Part shown: one piece after another, positions 29,875-40,001 of the stretch | How the letters are laid out: every line of letters starts with the position of its first letter | Numbering within the stretch: position 1 is the stretch's first letter | Source of the DNA: an uncultured Thermoleophilia bacterium | GTDB lineage: Bacteria; Actinomycetota; Thermoleophilia; UBA2241 | Length of the DNA: 64,000 bases | NCBI GenBank assembly: GCA_963705085.1 | Contig: CAVPIV010000004.1 | Coordinates: 1,043,379-1,107,378, forward strand | Direction: 5' to 3' | Position numbers and translations under genes: made by a program | Notes under the pieces: generated by a model | Told to the model about the DNA's origin: nothing | The model's input: only the letters and a program-made list of their open reading frames with translations | Databases searched by the model: none

Positions 29875-30260
29875 CGTCAGTTCCTTTCGTCTGTAGTCGC
29901 GGGGCCGGCGCCCTGGTTCCGGCGCTCCTTGTGAAGATGGAGACAAAGTCGACATTTTAGCGACTCGGGCAGGGCGCCGCGAGCAACGCGCGTCGCGTCG
30001 ACGGCGGGACAGGGGACGACGATCGGGAGATCGCGAGACGTGGCAGAAGGCGGGCGCGACGCCAGCGCCGGGAAGCTTCGTGGTGACAGGCGGGGAGAGG
30101 CTGGACCGGGCGCAGCGGCGACGCCGCTCTTCCCGCTCCAGCCGCTACGACGGGCGATGCAACGGCTTCTTCATGCGGTCCAGAGTACCGGCATCTCCCT
30201 CTCGCCGCAAGACGCGGCCTAGCGGCCGGCGAGGTAGTGCGGAGGAAGGTTCGGCACAGA

Positions 30261-30304
30261 GGCGGGGCGGCGGGGCGCTCGGATGAGCGCCCCGCCGCCC
30301 CGCC
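30261..30304 (-). terminator. Perfect 20-bp stem-loop downstream of ilvC
   Basis: GGCGGGGCGGCGGGGCGCTC-GGAT-GAGCGCCCCGCCGCCCCGCC. Confidence 0.7.
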
Positions 30305-30338
30305 ACACCCGCACAGGAGCGTCGACCCGGACGAGACC

Positions 30339-31343
<1,005 letters not shown>

Positions 31344-31447
31344 GCGTGTCCTCCTCTGTGCGCCCCTTGGGCGAGTGCGCTCGAACGCAGAAGTCTAGTC
31401 GGTCACGCGAGGCACGGCAACGGTCAGGCCGAGCGCGCCGAGACGCG

Positions 31448-31680
31448 TCAGCCGAGCGGCCCGAGGAGCAGGGCGAGGGGAACCGCGAGGATGGCCGCCG
31501 ACAGCAGCCACCAGCGCGCGTCAGCTCCGCCCCGCCGGCCGCTGCGTGCGCTGAGGCCAAGCGTGACGAACGCGGCGACGGCCGCCAGGGCCGCGACGCC
31601 CAGGGCCAGCAGGCCGCGGGTCACGCAGCCGACCAATGCCGGCGGCGCGAAGTACAGGCCGACGATGGCCGCCGGCGCCG
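31448..31680 (-). CDS. Small membrane protein or gene remnant; start not identifiable
   Basis: Hydrophobic segments (IVGLYFAPPALV, LLALGVAALAAVAAFVTLGL, WWLLSAAILAVPLALLLG) but no convincing start codon or RBS. Confidence 0.35.
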
Positions 31681-31814
31681 GCTCCCGGTCGCTACTGCGG
31701 CGCCACGAACCCGCGACTGCTAGGCTATCGCGCAGCCCAGTTCTCGCGCCGGCGTCAACGTGCGCGGCGGGCGAAGAGAACCAGTGCAGCGGAGCGTGCG
31801 CTGAAAGGAAGCAC

Positions 31815-33881
31815 ATGTCGATCGAGCGTCTGTTGAAACCACGTTCCATCGCCGTGTTCGGCGGCGCCCAGGCCCAGGAGGTGATCCGCCAGAGCGATCT
31901 CATGGGCTACGAAGGGCAGATCTGGCCGGTCCATCCCAGCAAGACCGAGATCCTCGGCCGTCCGGTCTACCGCTCCGTTGCGGAGCTGCCTGGGAGCCCG
32001 GACGCCGCGTACGTCGGGATCAATCGCACGCTCACCGTCGACGTCGTCAGGGATCTGGCGGCGCGGAACGCCGGCGGCGCCGTCTGCTACGCCACGGGCT
32101 TCGTCGAAGCCGGCGAGGAAGGCTCCGAACTCCAGAGGCGACTCCTGGAGGCGTCGGGCGACATGCCCCTGATCGGACCGAACTGCTACGGGTTCCTCAA
32201 CTACCTCAACGGGGCCATGCTCTGGCCGGACCAGCAGGGCGGCCGGCGGGTGGACCGGGGCGTGGCGATCATCACGATGTCGTCCAACGTCGGGTTCAAC
32301 CTCACCATGCAGCGGCGCGGGCTGCCGATCGCCTACATGGTGTCTCTCGGGAACAGGCTGAAGTTCGACCTCCACGATGCCATTCGGGCGCTCGCGCGCC
32401 AGGACGAGGTCACGGCGCTCGGGCTCTACGTGGAATCGATGCCCGACCCGACGGCGTTCGAGGCGGCCGTCAACGTCGCCAGGGCGCTGGGCAAGCCGAT
32501 CGTTGCCGTCAAGACCGGCCGCTCTGAGGTCGCGCAGAGGATGGTCGTTTCGCACACGGCGTCGCTCGCCGGTTCCGATGCCCTGGTGAGCGCCCTGTTC
32601 GAGCGCCTCGGCGTGGCCCGCGTCTCCTCCCTGGAAGCGCTCGTGGAAGCCCTCAAGGTGCTGCACGTCCTCGGACCACTGAACGGCGGCCGGGTCGCCG
32701 CCATGAGCACCTCGGGCGGCGACCTCACACTCCTCGCCGACGCCATGGGCCCGGACCTGGCGATGCCCCCGCTCTCACTGGAGGCGACGGCGCGCCTGCG
32801 CGCGATCGCCCACGAGCGCATGGTGGCCGCGAATCCGTTCGACTACCAGATGTTCGACTGGAACGACGAGGACCGCCTGGCCGACCTCTTCAGCGCCCTC
32901 CTGTCGGGAGAATTCGATGTGTCGCTCTGTCTGCTCGACTACCCACGGGCAGACACCTGCGACCAGTCGACCTGGGCCGGGGCGGAGCGGGGGTTCGTCC
33001 GGGCAACGCGGCAGACCGGCACCAAGGGCGCGGTGCTGGCAACCTTCTCCGACACGATGGCGGAGCCTGTGGCGGCTCGCCTGATGGAGGACGGCGTGGC
33101 AATGCTGGCCGGCATCGACGCCGGACTCGCAGGCATCCAGGCGGCCGTGGATGTGGGCGCCGCCTGGAGCCGGCCCCCCTGCCCGCCACTGCTGACGCCG
33201 GCCCGCGGGCAGCAGGATCGTGGCATCCGGACCCTGGACGAGGCGGAGTCCAAGGCAATGCTCGCCGAGAGTGGCGTACCCGTCCCTCCCGCGCGCGTGG
33301 TTCGCAGCCCGCACGAGGCCGTCGCGGCGGCCGAGGCGCTGGGCTACCCGGTGGTCGTCAAGGCCCTGGGCGTGGCGCATAAGACCGAGCTCGGCGGCGT
33401 CAAACTCAGCCTCAACTGTGCCGACGATGTGGCGGACGCGGTGAGGGGCATGTCGGGCCTCTCCGAGTCCTACCTGGTCGAAACGATGATCAATGGAACG
33501 GTGGCCGAGATCATCGTCGGCGTGGCCTGCGACGCGAGCTGCGGTCCGTACCTTCTGGTCGGAGGCGGCGGGGTGCTGGTGGAGATGATGAAGGACAGCG
33601 CGCCCCTGCTGCTGCCGACCACGAGGGAGCGCGTGCTGCACGCCCTGGGTCGGCTCCAGTGCGCGCCGCTCCTCTGCGGCTTCAGAGGAGCCCCGGCCGC
33701 CGACGTGGAAGCCGCCGCCGACGCCATTCTGGCGGTCGCGGGGATGGTCGCGCGCGACCCGGCGTCCATCGTCGAGCTTGACATCAACCCGCTCATGCTG
33801 CTGGCGGAAGGCCGGGGTGTGGTCGCGGCGGATGCTCTGATCAGGCTGGATGCGCCGGCGCCGAGCGGCCAGGAGATCTGA
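31815..33881 (+). CDS. NDP-forming acyl-CoA synthetase (acetate-CoA ligase family, fused alpha/beta)
   Basis: PRSIAVFG, IGPNCYG, SHTASLAG (phospho-His), STSGG, ATP-grasp AHKTELGGV, ELDINP. RBS AAAGGAAG before ATG 31815. Confidence 0.92.
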   Translation: MSIERLLKPRSIAVFGGAQAQEVIRQSDLMGYEGQIWPVHPSKTEILGRPVYRSVAELPGSPDAAYVGINRTLTVDVVRDLAARNAGGAVCYATGFVEAGEEGSELQRRLLEASGDMPLIGPNCYGFLNYLNGAMLWPDQQGGRRVDRGVAIITMSSNVGFNLTMQRRGLPIAYMVSLGNRLKFDLHDAIRALARQDEVTALGLYVESMPDPTAFEAAVNVARALGKPIVAVKTGRSEVAQRMVVSHTASLAGSDALVSALFERLGVARVSSLEALVEALKVLHVLGPLNGGRVAAMSTSGGDLTLLADAMGPDLAMPPLSLEATARLRAIAHERMVAANPFDYQMFDWNDEDRLADLFSALLSGEFDVSLCLLDYPRADTCDQSTWAGAERGFVRATRQTGTKGAVLATFSDTMAEPVAARLMEDGVAMLAGIDAGLAGIQAAVDVGAAWSRPPCPPLLTPARGQQDRGIRTLDEAESKAMLAESGVPVPPARVVRSPHEAVAAAEALGYPVVVKALGVAHKTELGGVKLSLNCADDVADAVRGMSGLSESYLVETMINGTVAEIIVGVACDASCGPYLLVGGGGVLVEMMKDSAPLLLPTTRERVLHALGRLQCAPLLCGFRGAPAADVEAAADAILAVAGMVARDPASIVELDINPLMLLAEGRGVVAADALIRLDAPAPSGQEI

Positions 33882-33909
33882 CCGGGTCGGCAAGGGGGAT
33901 GATCGGGAG

Positions 33910-34653
33910 ATGAAGCCCGCAGACACGAAGATCGAACACGTCATCATCGCAAAGGCGAAGGAGCTCGGCGCGTCGCTGGCGGGGATCGCACGCGTCGACG
34001 ACCTGAAGGCGGCGCCTTCCTACGAGGCCTACGACAAGGACCCGTTCTACGAGGACTACAAGGGGGTGGAGTGGCGCCCGGAACACCGATCGGTGCTGGT
34101 GTGGGCCCTGGTTCACCCGGCATCCGAGCCCGTGCTCGACTGGTGGAGCATGAAGGTCCCGGGAATGACCCCCGGCAACGGCGTCATGAGACTGCAGTCG
34201 CGCCAGCTCCGGATCTGGCTGGGCGAGGAGCTCGGCATCAACGCGCTCTCGCTGCCCTACCAGATCGAGTACGGAGGGGCCTTCCTCAAGGACGCCGCCG
34301 CGCTGGCCGGCCTGGGGGTGATCGGCAGACACAACCTCCTGATCACGCCCGAGTTCGGCACGCGGGTGCGTCTTCGCGCCATCTTCATGGAGGCGGAGCT
34401 CGAGCCGAGCCGCCCTCTTCACTTCGAACCGTGCAGCGGCTGCGACATGCCCTGCCGTCGCGCCTGTCCACGCGACGCCTTCCGCAGCGGAGCCTTCGAG
34501 AGGGCGCGCTGCAAGGAGGAGCAAGACCAGCGCGACGCCGACGCGGAACTGCTCGACGGCTCGATCATGGGCATTGAGGAAGCGAGCATGGTCGCCAAGT
34601 ACTGCCGGCGCTGCGAGTTCGCGTGTCCCGTCGCGCAGGGCGCCGCCCCCTGA
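33910..34653 (+). CDS. QueG/epoxyqueuosine reductase-like iron-sulfur protein
   Basis: AAALAGLGVIGRHNLLITPEFGTRVRL, CSGCDMPCRRACP, CRRCEFACP. Confidence 0.8.
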   Translation: MKPADTKIEHVIIAKAKELGASLAGIARVDDLKAAPSYEAYDKDPFYEDYKGVEWRPEHRSVLVWALVHPASEPVLDWWSMKVPGMTPGNGVMRLQSRQLRIWLGEELGINALSLPYQIEYGGAFLKDAAALAGLGVIGRHNLLITPEFGTRVRLRAIFMEAELEPSRPLHFEPCSGCDMPCRRACPRDAFRSGAFERARCKEEQDQRDADAELLDGSIMGIEEASMVAKYCRRCEFACPVAQGAAP

Positions 34654-34660
34654 GGACATC

Positions 34661-35245
34661 TCAGGGTGAAGCCGCCGCCTCCGCGAGAGCCAGCACGGTC
34701 CGCCAGTTCCTCGTCGTCGCCGAGGTCCCCAGGGCGCGTTCGAAGAACGCGTTCGTGAGCTTCGTGCGGCCGTAGCCGTACGGCAAGTAGAGGTACACGA
34801 TGGAGCCAGTCACGACGGCTCGCTCGCCCGCGGCGCCGGGCAGATTGGGAAGCGGCGCCTGGCCCGCCGCGGGCGCGAAGAGAAACGTGACGTGCAGCCA
34901 GCGCTCGTCGACGCCCGGCTCAGCGACGAACGGGTTGGCGGCGGCGATCTCGCGAAGCTCCCAGTCGGGCACGACGAGTGTCTGGACGTCGTGCCCGAAG
35001 TCGGCCGCGATCCGCGCTCGTATCGCGGCCGCCAGATCCGAGGCGGACCGGCCGGGTGCGACGCGCTCGGAGGCGTCAAAGACGACGTTGCCGCTTTGCA
35101 GGTAGGTCCTCACACGCCGCAGTCCCAGATCCTCCAGACTGCGCCGCAGCTCGGCCATCCCCATGCGCCGCTGCCCGGAGACGTTGACGCCGCGCAGCAG
35201 CGCCACGTACGTGCCGGGACTGCGCTGGAGCTCAGACGTACCCAT
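34661..35245 (-). CDS. DUF1697 family protein
   Basis: YVALLRGVNVSG, TYLQSGNVVF, TTRNWRT. Confidence 0.9.
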   Translation of the reverse strand: MGTSELQRSPGTYVALLRGVNVSGQRRMGMAELRRSLEDLGLRRVRTYLQSGNVVFDASERVAPGRSASDLAAAIRARIAADFGHDVQTLVVPDWELREIAAANPFVAEPGVDERWLHVTFLFAPAAGQAPLPNLPGAAGERAVVTGSIVYLYLPYGYGRTKLTNAFFERALGTSATTRNWRTVLALAEAAASP

Positions 35246-35262
35246 CGCACATGCCGCCGGAG

Positions 35263-37635
35263 TCACTCCATGACCTTCGTCGCCTCCGCCAGATCGAGGC
35301 GAAAGACCCGGCGCAGCGACGGGACCTCGGAGAGCAGGAGGATAGCGAGGACCGAGAGCGCGATCCAGACGTAGCTCAACGGACGGATGTACGCCGGCAT
35401 GGTGTAGGCCTCGGTCGACATGGCGGCGAACATCGCCTCCGCGGCCAGTCTGCCGGCCCACACGCCGATCGGCACGCTGACGAGGGCCAGCAGCAGGTTC
35501 TCGGCCGTGATCATCACTGCGAGGTGCACCCGGTCCTCCCCGATCGTGCGCATCGTGGCGATCTCGCGCGTGCGCTCGATCACGTTGGTCGTGAACGTGT
35601 TGTAGACGACGACGAAGGCCACCGCGAACGCGAAGGCGAACAGCAGCGCGAGGAAGAAGCGGGCGAAGGCCATCATGGAGTCGAGCACGTCGACCAGCGC
35701 CTCCTTGATCGTGACGCTGGCGACCCCCGGCAGCGCGTAGAGGGCCCGCTCGAGCGCGTCCACGTCGACGCTGCCGTACGTGAGGTAGACGACGTTCATG
35801 AGGTCCTCACCCGACGCGATGAGGGAGTGTCCGACCTGCTCGCCCACGAAGACGGGCGAGCCGAACATCTCTGCCGACAGCGTCATGATCTCGAGCTTGA
35901 TGGGTCGCTGCACGTAGGGGCTGCGTACCTCCACCTGGTCGCCGACGTCGACGCCGAGGCGCTCGGCCAGACCCTCGGGAAAGACGAGCCCGCCGCGACG
36001 AAGTGTCTCCTCCACCGGCGCGCCGGCGGCCACGGTGAAGCCGTGGAAGGTGACCTCGGGCGCAATCGCCGTGAGCATCAGCTCGCGCGTCTCGGCGCCG
36101 GCGCGCAGCCGCACCGGGACGATGAGCGCGGGCTCCGCCGACGCCACACCCGGGATCGCCGCGATCCCCGTCATCTGCGCCGCCGGCACGTTGCCCTCGT
36201 ACGCGACGACCGCGTCCCAGGTATCGATGTCCTCGAGCTGGTGGGCGATGAGGTAGCTCATGGAGTCGTTCATCGCCCAGGTCGAGACGATCAGGACGAG
36301 GGCGAACACCGTGCCGACGATCGTGTAGATGCTGCGGCGCCGCGTGCGAAAGACGTTGCGCAACGGCAGCCGGAAGACGATCGAGCGCGGCAGCGCCCAC
36401 CCCACGGCGCGCTCCACGATCGGTATGGTCCCCTTCGTCTGGGACAGCGTGGGGTCGCTGTGCATCGCCCGAGCAGGCTGCATGCGCGCACTGCGCAGCG
36501 CCGGCCCGAGGCCCGCCAGCAGGCAGACCAGGAGGCTGATCGCGACGGCGCTGCCGATGACCTCAGCATGCACGCTCGTCTCGTGCAGGGGCAGATTGAG
36601 GAAGCCGCGGTACATCTCCCCGATGCCGTAGGCCATCGCCAGGCCGAGGCCGATGCCGACGACCGAGCCCGCGAGGCCGACGATCAGCGAGAAGCCGAGG
36701 TACTGGACGAGGATCTGGCGATCGGTGTAGCCGAGCGCCTTGGACAGGCCGATCTCCCCCCGCTGGCTCTGCACGAGTCGGGCCATCGCGATGCCGAGGG
36801 CCATGGCGCTGACCGCGAGGATCATCAACGGAACGATCTCGGCCATGGTCTCGTTCTGACGGATCTCCTCCCGCAGGCCGAAGTTGGAGGGCTGATCCTC
36901 CTGCGTCGTCGAGCTCAGCACGTAGTACGGCGCCAGGATCTCCTCGACGGCGGCGATGACCGCCGTCCGGTCCGCGCTCTCCTCGACGAGAACGGCAAAC
37001 GAATTCATGCGGCCCGGTCGACCGCCGACAGCCGCAACGCTCTCCTGCGGGGCGAAGACGACGGCGAACTCGGCCGGGTTGGGGATCTCGTCCTTGCTGC
37101 GACGCAAGAAGAAGTACTCGGCGGTGGCGACGATGCCTCGGACGGTGAGCTCGCGCGCCGTCCCGCCCACCCGGATGGTCAGCTTGTCGCCGACGCCGAC
37201 GCCGCGCTCTTCCGCGAAGGCGTTGTGCAGAAGCACGCCCGTGGGATCGCCTGGGTCGAGGTACGACCCTTCCAGCACCTTGACGTCGTCCACCACGGGA
37301 TGCGCGCCGGCGGGGATGCCGATCGCGCGCACCGCGACCTCGTCCCCGCCGACGGAGAGGCCGGTGTCGAGAACGAGACGGCCCTGCACTGCGGCCAGGC
37401 CGTCCACCTGCTCGAGCCGCGCGACCACGTCCGCCGGGGCGTCTGCCACCTTGGTCTCGAAGTCGGCGAGGAGAAACGTCTCGTTGGCGAGGTCGGCAGA
37501 GGCGCGCAGATCGAGGGCGGCGCCGACGAACGCCACGTAGATCGCGACGCCGAGCGTCACCAGGACGATGATCCCCGCGAACTGACCCTTGCGGGCCTTC
37601 ATGTCGCGCCAGGTCTTGAGCTGCAGCATTCCCAC
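35263..37635 (-). CDS. ABC exporter permease, duplicated FtsX/MacB-like
   Basis: QRGEIGLSKALG and ERTREIATMRTIG FtsX motifs; two membrane plus extracellular repeats. Confidence 0.9.
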   Translation of the reverse strand: MGMLQLKTWRDMKARKGQFAGIIVLVTLGVAIYVAFVGAALDLRASADLANETFLLADFETKVADAPADVVARLEQVDGLAAVQGRLVLDTGLSVGGDEVAVRAIGIPAGAHPVVDDVKVLEGSYLDPGDPTGVLLHNAFAEERGVGVGDKLTIRVGGTARELTVRGIVATAEYFFLRRSKDEIPNPAEFAVVFAPQESVAAVGGRPGRMNSFAVLVEESADRTAVIAAVEEILAPYYVLSSTTQEDQPSNFGLREEIRQNETMAEIVPLMILAVSAMALGIAMARLVQSQRGEIGLSKALGYTDRQILVQYLGFSLIVGLAGSVVGIGLGLAMAYGIGEMYRGFLNLPLHETSVHAEVIGSAVAISLLVCLLAGLGPALRSARMQPARAMHSDPTLSQTKGTIPIVERAVGWALPRSIVFRLPLRNVFRTRRRSIYTIVGTVFALVLIVSTWAMNDSMSYLIAHQLEDIDTWDAVVAYEGNVPAAQMTGIAAIPGVASAEPALIVPVRLRAGAETRELMLTAIAPEVTFHGFTVAAGAPVEETLRRGGLVFPEGLAERLGVDVGDQVEVRSPYVQRPIKLEIMTLSAEMFGSPVFVGEQVGHSLIASGEDLMNVVYLTYGSVDVDALERALYALPGVASVTIKEALVDVLDSMMAFARFFLALLFAFAFAVAFVVVYNTFTTNVIERTREIATMRTIGEDRVHLAVMITAENLLLALVSVPIGVWAGRLAAEAMFAAMSTEAYTMPAYIRPLSYVWIALSVLAILLLSEVPSLRRVFRLDLAEATKVME

Positions 37636-37641
37636 GGGGAA

Positions 37642-38397
37642 TCACCACACGATGTCATCGGGATCGACAGGGTTGGCGACCCGTTCCTCGGAGGCGATCC
37701 TGCCGTCACGAAGGCGCACGATACGATCGGCGACCTGGGCGACGGGCGAGTTGTGCGTCACCAGGACGACGCTTCGGCCCTGGGCGTTGAGCTGTTTGAG
37801 CGTGCCGAGCACGAGCTTGCCCGTGCCGAAGTCAAGGTTACCCGTCGGCTCATCGCCGAGGATGAGCGGCGGGTCCTTCGCCAGCGCCCGCGCGACAGCC
37901 ACCCGCTGCTGCTCGCCCCCCGAGAGTTGGCTGGGGAAGTGGTGCGCCCGGTCGCCCAGGCCCACAGCCTCGAGAAGCTTCAGAGGGTCGGTCTCCGGCG
38001 GCCGGCGATCCCGCGACGCCAACTCGAAGGCGTAGCGCACGTTCTCTTCCGCGGTGAGGGTCGGGATCAGATTGAAGAACTGGAAGATGAACCCGATCTT
38101 CTCGCGGCGGTAGTAGGCGAGCTGCTTCCCGGTATGGCGGGTGATGTCTTCGCCGTCGACGACGATGCTCCCGGCGCTCGGGGAATCGAGGCCCCCCAGC
38201 AGATTCAGCAGCGTGGTCTTGCCTGATCCCGACGGACCCAGGACGGCCACGAACTCACCGCGGCCGATCTCGAGATCGAGGCCGTCGAGCGCGTTCACGA
38301 CGACTTCGCCCATGGTGTAGATCTTGGACACGCTCCTCAGGGCGACGAGCGCGCCCGGCTCGTGACCGATCACCGCGTCCCCTCCTGCCCTTGTCAC
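37642..38397 (-). CDS. ABC transporter ATP-binding protein (LolD/MacB-type)
   Basis: GPSGSGKT, IGFIFQFFNL, LSGGEQQRV, DEPTGNLD. Confidence 0.95.
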   Translation of the reverse strand: MTRAGGDAVIGHEPGALVALRSVSKIYTMGEVVVNALDGLDLEIGRGEFVAVLGPSGSGKTTLLNLLGGLDSPSAGSIVVDGEDITRHTGKQLAYYRREKIGFIFQFFNLIPTLTAEENVRYAFELASRDRRPPETDPLKLLEAVGLGDRAHHFPSQLSGGEQQRVAVARALAKDPPLILGDEPTGNLDFGTGKLVLGTLKQLNAQGRSVVLVTHNSPVAQVADRIVRLRDGRIASEERVANPVDPDDIVW

Positions 38398-38521
38398 CCC
38401 GCGTCGCCGCCGCGACCCTCTTCCTGCTGACGTTCCACTCGTGGCCTGTCCGGAAACAGCGCGTGGAGGTGACGGCAGCCGCGCCGCCGACGATTGGGCT
38501 CGTCGCCGGTCACCGGCAGGC

Positions 38522-38552
38522 TTGACCCTGACGTGACGTCATGGTCTAGGCT
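38522..38552 (+). promoter_or_regulatory. MerR-type promoter with 19-bp spacer and dyad operator
   Basis: TTGACC-N19-TAGGCT, with GACC-c-TGACGT-g-ACGTCA-t-GGTC dyad overlapping the -35 and spacer, as in TipA/Mta promoters. Confidence 0.85.
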
Positions 38553-38579
38553 TGGACGCGGCGAGTGGAGGTGACGGCG

Positions 38580-39332
38580 GTGTACAAGGTCGGCGAGGTG
38601 GCAAAGCTTGCGCACGTGAGCGTGCGCGCGCTCCACCACTACGACGCGACCGGCCTGCTCGCGCCGTCGGGCCGCTCGGCGAACGGCTACCGGCTGTACG
38701 CGGCCGAGGACCTCGAGCGACTGCAGCTCGTCCTCTTCTACCGCGAGTTGGGCTTCGGCCTCGACGAGATCCGCGGCCTGCTGACGGACCCGGCGTTCGA
38801 GCGGCGTCGTACCCTGAACGAGCAGCGCCGCCTGCTCACCGTGCAGGCCCTGCGCCTCGAGAACATGCTCACCCTCATCGACAGGACACTGGCGTCCGAA
38901 GGAACGGTCATGAACGACGAGGAGATGTTCGAGGTCTTCGGCGACTTCGACCCCGCGACCTGCGAGGACGAGGTCAGGGAGCGCTGGGGAGAGACCGACG
39001 CCTACCGCGAGTCGGCGCGCCGCACCAGTGGCTACACCAGGGCCGACTGGCAGCGGTTCAGAGAGGAGAGCGAGCGGGTCGGGGCGACGATCGCATCCCT
39101 GATGGATGCCGGCGTCGCCCCCGACGACCCTCGTGCGCTGGACGCCGTCGAAGAAGCCCGCCTGCAGATCGACCGCTGGTTCTACCAGTGCTCACGTGCT
39201 CTGCACGCCCGGCTCGGCGAGATGTACGTCGCCGACCCGCGCTTCACGGCGACCTATGAGAGCATTCGTCCCGGCATGGCCGCGTACATCCGCGCTGCGA
39301 CCGCGGCCAACGCGGCTCGCGGCGACGTGTGA
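38580..39332 (+). CDS. MerR family regulator, TipA/Mta type (TipAS domain)
   Basis: YKVGEVA...VRALHHYD...GYRLY; EVRERWGETDAY, FYQC, GEMYVADPRF. RBS GGAGGT. Confidence 0.93.
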   Translation: MYKVGEVAKLAHVSVRALHHYDATGLLAPSGRSANGYRLYAAEDLERLQLVLFYRELGFGLDEIRGLLTDPAFERRRTLNEQRRLLTVQALRLENMLTLIDRTLASEGTVMNDEEMFEVFGDFDPATCEDEVRERWGETDAYRESARRTSGYTRADWQRFREESERVGATIASLMDAGVAPDDPRALDAVEEARLQIDRWFYQCSRALHARLGEMYVADPRFTATYESIRPGMAAYIRAATAANAARGDV

Positions 39333-39389
39333 TGCAGACGCCGTCGAGCGTACTGCGCACCGAGCAAAGACGCGCGCGCCGCTCGGTGG

Positions 39390-39926
39390 TCAACCGGCCG
39401 CCAGCCTCCGGGCAACCGACCGGTACTTCTCGTGGATCATGCGCCGATCGAACTCGTCGAACTCCGCCAGCATGGCCCGCTCCTCGTCGTCGGTCACGTA
39501 CGCCCTGATGAGCGGGAAGAAGACCCTGTCCTCCCTGGCGATGTGGGCTGGATACAGGTCGACGAGGGTCCGCAGGCAGTCGCGCATGGCCGCCAGCGAG
39601 GACGCATCGCCGTCGCGATGCGCCCCGTTCGCCGCAGCCAGATCCTTCGTCGTCTGGCGGCTTAGAGCATGCTCGTCGATCAGTTGCTCGAGGATCACCC
39701 GATGCTCGAGCGTCAGCGGCCGGCTGCTGAGATGGCGGAAGAGGATGTCCTCCTCCTTGCCGTGATGCGTGCGGTCGGCGTAGGTGCGGAGGAAGTCGAC
39801 GCAGTCGTCGATCACGCGCGCGTCGACGCGACCTCCGACCGCGATGACGTCGAGCTGAGTCTGCATGACGCCGACCATCTGCTCGATGACCCGGTGCTCG
39901 ACCATGAGAGGGCCGCGTACCTGCAT
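39390..39926 (-). CDS. Hemerythrin (HHE) domain protein
   Basis: LMVEH, HHGKEEDILF, EH, HIAREDRVFFP. Confidence 0.9.
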   Translation of the reverse strand: MQVRGPLMVEHRVIEQMVGVMQTQLDVIAVGGRVDARVIDDCVDFLRTYADRTHHGKEEDILFRHLSSRPLTLEHRVILEQLIDEHALSRQTTKDLAAANGAHRDGDASSLAAMRDCLRTLVDLYPAHIAREDRVFFPLIRAYVTDDEERAMLAEFDEFDRRMIHEKYRSVARRLAAG

Positions 39927-40001
39927 GGTTCACCTCCCCAATCGGGATCGTGCGCGAGTATGCCCTGCACAGACAAGGAATAGTCGTCCGGGCGCGGTGC
40001 G

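Noticed and set aside
30040-30222. 60-aa ORF between the class V aminotransferase and ilvC
   Set aside because: Weak RBS and no recognisable motif; cannot be supported as a gene.
30261-30304. Perfect inverted repeat as a MITE/REP element or CRISPR repeat
   Set aside because: Single copy, no spacers, no target duplication or cas genes; its position after ilvC fits a terminator.
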